A stretch of 63,530 bases of DNA, filler included. It is 4 parts of 4 records of this genome, joined end to end, with 100 filler letters (N's around TTAATTAATTAA, not from the genome) between each part and the next. Parts side by side here need not be neighbours in the genome. Positions count along the whole stretch, not along the records: positions 51,038 to 63,530 come from SRR20825019_2021; 3 more parts are not named here. One strand, 5' to 3'. The notes beneath the pieces are model-generated. The model was given only the letters and a program-made list of their open reading frames with translations. It did no database searches and was not told the origin of the DNA. Numbering within the stretch: the first letter of the stretch is position 1; the number at the start of each line of letters is the position of its first letter. Below are positions 57,203-63,530 of this stretch, in pieces. A program made the position numbers and the translations under genes.

Positions 57203-57936
57203 AAACATTTCTTTACATATTAATATTCTGCTTTAGCTTAGTTACTAATGCCCAAGTAGACACTATTGCTAAACCCGATAGGAAAATCTTAATTGATGAT
57301 ACCGATGTAAATCCATTACAAATAGACAGGTCATTTATTAAAGACTTAAAAAAAGATTCAGACTTCAATTATGTAGAAATAGTTGAAGAAGTAACTTGGT
57401 GGCAAAAAATCAAACGCTGGCTTAATACAAAATGGATTCAATTTATGAATTGGCTATTTGGTGATTATGAAGGCAATGCAATTCTTCTATTTCTAGTAAA
57501 TTATTTACCATATCTAATTCTTGTTGGAATAGTAGGGTTTATAGTCTGGCTTTTTATAAAATTAAATATTGGTAATCGTTTTTTAAAATCACCAGATTCT
57601 GGAGAGGTTTTAATGAGTGAAGATGAAGATATCATAAAGAGACAACACATACCATCTTTAATTGAAGATGCATTAAATAATAAACAGTATAGGTTAGCTA
57701 TAAGGTATCATTACTTATTTGTACTTAAGCAGTTGACAGATGCTGAACAGATAGACTATGAATTTGATAAGACTAATACAGATTACCTTAACGAGATTAC
57801 CAATAAAAATCTAAAAAATGGGTTTACAAACATCACCAGAATCTATGATTTTATATGGTATGGTAACTTTAGTATTACTCAAAAAGACTATGTAAAAGCC
57901 AAGGCGCAGTTTAATGAAATTGAAACACTACTATGA
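57199..57936 (+). CDS. DUF4129 domain protein with a probable non-AUG (ATA) start
   Basis: The frame is open from 57190. Signal peptide KTFLYILIFCFSLVTNA|Q, DFNY; C-terminal YRLAIRY.YL, KTN.DY and Y..IWYG. Confidence 0.8.
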   Translation: MKTFLYILIFCFSLVTNAQVDTIAKPDRKILIDDTDVNPLQIDRSFIKDLKKDSDFNYVEIVEEVTWWQKIKRWLNTKWIQFMNWLFGDYEGNAILLFLVNYLPYLILVGIVGFIVWLFIKLNIGNRFLKSPDSGEVLMSEDEDIIKRQHIPSLIEDALNNKQYRLAIRYHYLFVLKQLTDAEQIDYEFDKTNTDYLNEITNKNLKNGFTNITRIYDFIWYGNFSITQKDYVKAKAQFNEIETLL

Positions 57937-59135
57937 GTAAGTCTTACAAAATAATGTTTGGCATTTTCATAGCATTTTTAGCGGGATTAGTTATCCTAGA
58001 GTCGCTAGAAAAAGAGCCCGTAAATTGGTTTGAGAGTTATGTAAACCAAGATAAAATACCGTTTGGAAGCTATGTCTTATTCGAAAGCTTATCGCAAAAT
58101 AAAAGTACCGATATAACCCTAGTTGATGTACCACCTTATGAATTTTTACAAGATACAGTACACCAAGGCACCTACTTTTTTCTTAATAACAACGTCTATT
58201 TTGACAAAGATGAATTAAACACAATATTAAATTGGGTTTCAAAAGGCAACAACGTATTCTTATCTGCTAATAGCATAAGTAAACCTACGAAAGATTCACT
58301 AGGATTACAGACAGAAACGTTGCTGTCTACTAAGGATATGAGGCAAAGACCTCTTTTAAATCTTTCGAATCCTAAATTTAAGCAAGACAGCGCATACGAC
58401 TTTGGAAGAACTAGTTATGTATCATATTTCAACGAAATAGACACGCTTAAAACTACAATTTTAGGTTATGCAGACTATCTTAATGAAAATAGAGCAATAA
58501 AGGAAAACTACGTGAATTTTATAAAATTACCATATGGTAAAGGCTCGCTTACTTTACATCTTTTTCCTAAAGCATTCACCAATTACTTTATGTTAATGGA
58601 AGACAACATAAGCTACACAGAACACGCTTTAGCTTATTTAAATACTAATGACAAAATATATTGGGATAGGCATTATAAAAGCGGTCAAACATTTCAAACC
58701 TCATTAATGTATGTGTTGTTTAGTAATAAGTATTTTAAATGGTCTTATTATTTATTGTTAATAACAGGAGTCTTATTTGTAATTTTTGAAGGCAAGCGAA
58801 AACAAAGAGCCATTAAAGTAATTACACCACTAAGCAACAAAACTTACGATTATACCAAAACTATTGCAGGCCTATATCTAGATAAAAAAGACCATAAAAG
58901 TATTATTAATAAACAAATTTCTTTGTTTATGGAATTTATAAGGAATGAGTTAAGGTTACAAACCACTACTTTAAATGATAATTTTTACAGACAAGTAAGT
59001 GCAAGAAGCAATAATACTTTTGAAGACACTAAAGCATTATTTAAATTTTTAAAACAGATGGAAGCAACTAAACATCCTAAAAAAGAAGATGTTTTAAATG
59101 TTAATCTACAAATTCAAAAGTTTAAATTGAAATAA
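57933..59135 (+). CDS. DUF4350 domain protein
   Basis: NW..SY...DKIPFG, WVSKGN, FTNY, WD..Y and KRKQRAI. Confidence 0.82.
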   Translation: MSKSYKIMFGIFIAFLAGLVILESLEKEPVNWFESYVNQDKIPFGSYVLFESLSQNKSTDITLVDVPPYEFLQDTVHQGTYFFLNNNVYFDKDELNTILNWVSKGNNVFLSANSISKPTKDSLGLQTETLLSTKDMRQRPLLNLSNPKFKQDSAYDFGRTSYVSYFNEIDTLKTTILGYADYLNENRAIKENYVNFIKLPYGKGSLTLHLFPKAFTNYFMLMEDNISYTEHALAYLNTNDKIYWDRHYKSGQTFQTSLMYVLFSNKYFKWSYYLLLITGVLFVIFEGKRKQRAIKVITPLSNKTYDYTKTIAGLYLDKKDHKSIINKQISLFMEFIRNELRLQTTTLNDNFYRQVSARSNNTFEDTKALFKFLKQMEATKHPKKEDVLNVNLQIQKFKLK

Positions 59136-59145
59136 ACCTACAATT

Positions 59146-59802
59146 ATGACCAAAGCTGAAAAAGTTCAATTTGTAATAGATAAACTCCAGGAATTATACC
59201 CAACCATACCTATACCATTAGATCATAAAGATCCTTATACGTTATTAATAGCAGTACTTATGTCTGCACAGAGCACAGATGTTAGGGTAAATAAAATTAC
59301 ACCACTCTTATTTGAGGTTGCAGACAATCCTTATAAAATGGTAAAATTATCTGTTGAAGAAATTAGAGATATAATAAAACCTGTAGGTCTTTCTCCTATG
59401 AAAGCAAAAGGTATACACGGTTTGAGTGAAATCTTAATAGATAAATATGATGGCAAAGTTCCTGTAGATTTTGAAGCTCTAGAAAGCTTACCAGCTGTAG
59501 GGCATAAAACAGCAAGTGTTGTAATGAGCCAAGCTTTTGGCATTCCTGCTTTCCCAGTCGATACTCATATACATAGGTTAATGTATCGTTGGAATTTAAC
59601 CAATGGAAAAAATGTGGTGCAAACCGAAAAAGACGCAAAGCGATTATTCCCAAAAGAGCTTTGGAATGATCTTCACTTACAAATAATCTGGTACGGTAGA
59701 GAGTATTCTCCAGCAAGAGGTTGGGATTTAGATAAAGACGTTATTACTAAAACCATAGGTAGAAAAACTGTATTAGCAGATTACTACAAAAAGAAAAAAT
59801 AG
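59146..59802 (+). CDS. nth: Endonuclease III (HhH-GPD glycosylase) lacking Fe-S cysteines
   Basis: LLIAVLMSAQSTD.RVN, LPAVGHKTA and FPVDTH. Confidence 0.92.
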   Translation: MTKAEKVQFVIDKLQELYPTIPIPLDHKDPYTLLIAVLMSAQSTDVRVNKITPLLFEVADNPYKMVKLSVEEIRDIIKPVGLSPMKAKGIHGLSEILIDKYDGKVPVDFEALESLPAVGHKTASVVMSQAFGIPAFPVDTHIHRLMYRWNLTNGKNVVQTEKDAKRLFPKELWNDLHLQIIWYGREYSPARGWDLDKDVITKTIGRKTVLADYYKKKK

Positions 59803-59807
59803 AACAT

Positions 59808-59842
59808 AAAAAAAACCCATTCGGCTAAGTAATGGGTTTGTT
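59808..59842. terminator. Stem-loop between convergent nth and the small ORF (probably bidirectional)
   Basis: aaacccatt-cggctaagt-aatgggttt, flanked by an A-run and Ts. Confidence 0.65.
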
Positions 59843-59860
59843 AGAACAATCTAGATGAGA

Positions 59861-60007
59861 CTAGTTTAAAATTGTCTCAAACTTTAGTGGGTCACAATCA
59901 ATAACTCGCAATGCCTTCGAATAATTCAACAAAAAGGCAATTGTTTCTTTTTTTGGTTTTAATTGAGAAACCTCTTCAGAAGATGTATTTGAGTAAAGTT
60001 TTGGCAT
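59861..60007 (-). CDS. 48-aa small protein downstream of the ECF sigma
   Basis: MPKLYSNTSSEEVSQLKPKKETIAFLLNYSKALRVIDCDPLKFETILN*. AT-rich leader upstream, terminator downstream. Below the ORF-track size cutoff. Confidence 0.7.
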   Translation of the reverse strand: MPKLYSNTSSEEVSQLKPKKETIAFLLNYSKALRVIDCDPLKFETILN

Positions 60008-60065
60008 GGTTTAAATTTATGCGTTAGTTATTCCTAAAAACGCCTAAAATTCAAACATATTGTAT

Positions 60066-60653
60066 TTAGTAATTGGTTAATACAATATTATGCTCCTCTA
60101 TAACTTTTCTTAAATTAATTAATGCATATCTCATACGCCCTAAAGCAGTATTAATACTCACATCTGTCTGTTCTGCAATATCTTTAAAGCTCATGTCTTT
60201 ATAAATACGCATTATTAAAACTTCTTTTTGATCTTCTGGCAATTCATGTATTAATTCCCGTACATCGCTTTCTATTTGCTCTTTAATGAGCATCTTTTCA
60301 GCATTTAATGTATCTTCTTTTAAAACATCAAAAATGCTAAAGTCACCTTTACCTTCAAACTTAGGCATGCGACTGTTTTTTCTAAAGTGGTCTATAACAA
60401 GATTATGAGAAATACGCATAACCCAAGGTAAAAACTTACCTTCTTCATTATATTTTCCTCGCTTAAGAGTTCTTATAACCTTAATAAAAGTGTCTTGAAA
60501 AACATCTTCTGTTATGGTACGGTCAAAAACCTTAGAATAAATAAAACTATAAAGTTTTTGTTGGTGTCTATTTATTAGAGTGCTTAGTGCTGTTTCGTCA
60601 CCATCCATATATTTACGGACAAGAGCTGCATCTGAAGTTGAATATTGCATCAT
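60066..60653 (-). CDS. ECF-type RNA polymerase sigma-70 factor
   Basis: Region 2 EDVFQDTF...W..RI..N..ID..R; region 4 LPEDQKEV...SFKDIA...SINT. Confidence 0.92.
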   Translation of the reverse strand: MMQYSTSDAALVRKYMDGDETALSTLINRHQQKLYSFIYSKVFDRTITEDVFQDTFIKVIRTLKRGKYNEEGKFLPWVMRISHNLVIDHFRKNSRMPKFEGKGDFSIFDVLKEDTLNAEKMLIKEQIESDVRELIHELPEDQKEVLIMRIYKDMSFKDIAEQTDVSINTALGRMRYALINLRKVIEEHNIVLTNY

Positions 60654-60847
60654 ACATGTTACTTTTAGGTGCCTCGAGAGAAGCGATCATAAATTTTTTA
60701 AAGTAACTGTATGCTATAGGCAATATGATTTAGTGTGATACGTTGGGCGTAAATATAACAACATTCAAATCAATTATGCAAAATTAAACTTAAAACTTTA
60801 ACATTTAATGTTTTAAAACCTCAGGATTAAAGCAAAAATGCTTTGCT

Positions 60848-60855
60848 TATCTTTG
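60848..60855 (+). promoter_or_regulatory. Bacteroidota -7 promoter element for uvrA
   Basis: TATCTTTG, 22 nt before ATG 60878. Confidence 0.65.
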
Positions 60856-60877
60856 CAAAAATTGCAGTTTACTACAT

Positions 60878-63530
60878 ATGAAAGTCCAAGATATAGATGT
60901 TAATCCTAAGAAAAACATCATCATAAAAGGCGCAAGTCTTCATAATTTAAAAAATATAAATGTTGTTATACCAAGAAATAAATTGGTGGTCATCACAGGA
61001 CTTTCTGGTTCTGGAAAATCCAGCTTGGCTTTTGACACGTTGTATGCAGAAGGCCAACGCCGTTACGTAGAAAGTCTTTCCTCCTATGCCAGACAATTTC
61101 TTGGCAGATTAGACAAACCTAAAGTAGAAAGTATTAAAGGAATAGCTCCAGCAATTGCTATTGAACAAAAGGTTAATAGTACAAATCCTAGAAGTACTGT
61201 AGGCACATCGACGGAGGTATATGATTATTTAAAACTTTTATTTGCTCGAATAGGACGAACATATTCTCCTAAATCTGGTCAAGAAGTAAAAAAAGATACA
61301 GTAGCAGATGTTGTAAAGCATATCTCCAACTATGAGGAACGTACAAAACTCCTACTATTAGCTCCTTTTTTAATTGAAAAAGGAAGAACCCTAGAAGAAA
61401 AACTAAACGTATTATTACAACAAGGATACAGCAGAATTTTGGTAGATGGTGATGTACAACGAATAGATGAAGCCAATCTTCCAAAAAAACCTAAAGATTT
61501 GTTTTTAGTGGTTGATAGAATTATCACAAAAAATGACGAAGATTATCTTAATAGACTAGCAGACTCCATACAAACATCTTTTTATGAAGGCAAAGGCGAG
61601 CTTTTTATTGAAGAACTAGATACTAATAAACGTTATCATTTTAGTAATAAATTTGAGTTGGACGGCATTTCATTTTTAGAGCCAAATCCGCATCTTTTTA
61701 GTTTTAATAATCCCTATGGTGCGTGCCCTAAATGTGAAGGTTACGGAGATGTAATTGGTATAGATGAAGATTTGGTAATTCCTAACACAGGACTATCAAT
61801 TTATGAGAATGCTATATTTCCTTGGCGTGGTGAAAGCATGAGTTGGTATAGAGATCAATTAGTTAACAACTCACATAAATTCGACTTTCCTATTCACAAA
61901 CTTTATTTTGAGTTATCTCAAGAGCATAAAGACTTAGTGTGGACAGGCAACAAATACTTTACTGGCTTAAATGACTTTTTTGCTGAGCTAGAATCTAAAG
62001 CCTATAAAATTCAAAACAGAGTAATGCTATCTAGGTATAGAGGCAAAACTAGATGTACAGTATGTAAAGGAAAAAGACTTAGACCCGAAGCCAATTACGT
62101 TAAGGTTGGCAATGCAACTATTACAGATTTGGTTGAGCTTCCTCTAAATAAAGTAAGAGATTTCTTTACATCTCTAACTTTAAATGAATATGATGTAGTT
62201 ATAGCAAAGCGGCTTTTAAAAGAAATTACGAGCAGGTTGGAGTTCTTATCTAATGTTGGTTTAGATTATTTAACACTAAATAGAAAAAGTAACACACTTT
62301 CTGGTGGAGAATCCCAACGTATTAACCTCGCAACATCTTTAGGTAGTAGTTTAGTAGGATCTATGTATATTTTAGATGAACCGTCCATTGGTTTACATCC
62401 TAAAGACACAGAGCGTCTTATTGGTGTTTTAAAAGATTTGAGAGACTTAGGTAATACCGTGATTGTAGTAGAGCATGACGAAGATATCATGAAAGCTGCA
62501 GACGAAATTATAGATATTGGTCCAGAAGCAGGAACACATGGTGGTCACGTAGTCGCTACCGGAACCTATAACGATATTTTAAAATCCAACTCTTTAACCG
62601 CAGATTATTTAAATGGCACTAAGGAAATTCCCTTACCCGACAAAAGAAGAACCTGGAAGTATGAAGCTACAATAGTTGGTGCTAGAGAAAATAATTTAAA
62701 AAATATTGATGTTACGTTTCCTTTAGGTGTGTTTACTGCTATTACTGGAGTTTCAGGTAGTGGAAAAAGTACTTTGATTAAAAAATTACTGTATCCAGCA
62801 ATGTTAAAAGAAGTTGGCGGTTATGGTGAAAAGGCTGGACAATTTTCTGAACTTAAAGGTAAATTTGGAAATGTAAAAGCTATCGAGTTTGTAGATCAAA
62901 ACCCTATAGGTCGCTCTTCTAGAAGTAATCCAGTAACGTATATAAAAGCCTATGATGATATACGAAGTTTATTTGCTTCTCAGAAATTATCTAAAATAAG
63001 AAATTACCAAGCAAAGCACTTTAGCTTTAATGTTGATGGTGGCAGATGCGAAACTTGTAAAGGCGAAGGTGAAGTTACTATAGAGATGCAATTTATGGCA
63101 GATGTTCACTTACAGTGTGAAACTTGCCAAGGAAAGCGTTTCAAAAAAGAAGTGTTAGAAGTTAAATATGGTGATAAATCTATACATGATATCTTAACTA
63201 TGACGATAGATGATGCCATATCATTTTTTGATGAGCAAGCAGAACTTAAAGTTACTCGAAAACTAAAACCCTTACAAGATGTTGGTCTTGGTTATGTACA
63301 ATTAGGCCAAAGCTCTTCTACACTTTCTGGTGGCGAGGCTCAACGTATTAAGCTTGCTTCTTTCTTAGTTAAAAGCACATCAAAAGACAAGGTATTATTT
63401 ATTTTTGACGAGCCTACAACTGGATTACATTTTCACGATATTAATAAGCTTTTAAAATCGTTTAATGCACTTATTGAAAAAGGACATTCTGTAATAGTTA
63501 TAGAGCATAATATGGACCTTGTAAAATGTG
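60878..63530 (+). CDS. uvrA: Excinuclease ABC subunit A (runs off the window end)
   Basis: [57 protein letters not shown] and CxxC zinc modules. Confidence 0.97.
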   Translation, partial: MKVQDIDVNPKKNIIIKGASLHNLKNINVVIPRNKLVVITGLSGSGKSSLAFDTLYAEGQRRYVESLSSYARQFLGRLDKPKVESIKGIAPAIAIEQKVNSTNPRSTVGTSTEVYDYLKLLFARIGRTYSPKSGQEVKKDTVADVVKHISNYEERTKLLLLAPFLIEKGRTLEEKLNVLLQQGYSRILVDGDVQRIDEANLPKKPKDLFLVVDRIITKNDEDYLNRLADSIQTSFYEGKGELFIEELDTNKRYHFSNKFELDGISFLEPNPHLFSFNNPYGACPKCEGYGDVIGIDEDLVIPNTGLSIYENAIFPWRGESMSWYRDQLVNNSHKFDFPIHKLYFELSQEHKDLVWTGNKYFTGLNDFFAELESKAYKIQNRVMLSRYRGKTRCTVCKGKRLRPEANYVKVGNATITDLVELPLNKVRDFFTSLTLNEYDVVIAKRLLKEITSRLEFLSNVGLDYLTLNRKSNTLSGGESQRINLATSLGSSLVGSMYILDEPSIGLHPKDTERLIGVLKDLRDLGNTVIVVEHDEDIMKAADEIIDIGPEAGTHGGHVVATGTYNDILKSNSLTADYLNGTKEIPLPDKRRTWKYEATIVGARENNLKNIDVTFPLGVFTAITGVSGSGKSTLIKKLLYPAMLKEVGGYGEKAGQFSELKGKFGNVKAIEFVDQNPIGRSSRSNPVTYIKAYDDIRSLFASQKLSKIRNYQAKHFSFNVDGGRCETCKGEGEVTIEMQFMADVHLQCETCQGKRFKKEVLEVKYGDKSIHDILTMTIDDAISFFDEQAELKVTRKLKPLQDVGLGYVQLGQSSSTLSGGEAQRIKLASFLVKSTSKDKVLFIFDEPTTGLHFHDINKLLKSFNALIEKGHSVIVIEHNMDLVKC

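Overview
This window is not one genome. It contains four contigs joined by artificial N44-TTAATTAATTAA-N44 spacers. (1) 1-24012 and (3) 39549-50937 come from a compact protist-like eukaryote with mostly 48-75 nt spliceosomal introns. Their genes sit largely head-to-head around very GC-rich islands and include an RNI-like LRR protein, XMAP215/ch-TOG, a TPR protein, an RIIa/Dpy-30-domain protein, formate-THF ligase, ribophorin II, a THUMP methyltransferase, a cyclin, a USP-like protein and several orphans. (2) 24113-39448 is a Flavobacteriaceae-like contig: DUF58/batABCDE, a small leader ORF plus SulP-USP-beta-carbonic anhydrase-SulP cluster, cvpA and partial pheS. (4) 51038-63530 is a second AT-rich Flavobacteriaceae-like contig: PlsC, Nudix, cyclophilin, TRIC, an RDD-SpoIIM-DUF4129-DUF4350 module, nth, an ECF sigma factor and partial uvrA. 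The best candidate for an undescribed system is a membrane-targeted leader ORF ending in SPPPK, followed by a three-hairpin spacer, at the head of the bicarbonate/CO2 operon. Other leads are an ATA start codon overlapping a TAA stop, an unlisted 48-aa ORF behind the ECF sigma, a cysteine-free endonuclease III, a possibly acylated THUMP methyltransferase and the eukaryotic GC-island architecture. All gene models and family calls were made by eye; no database search was run.
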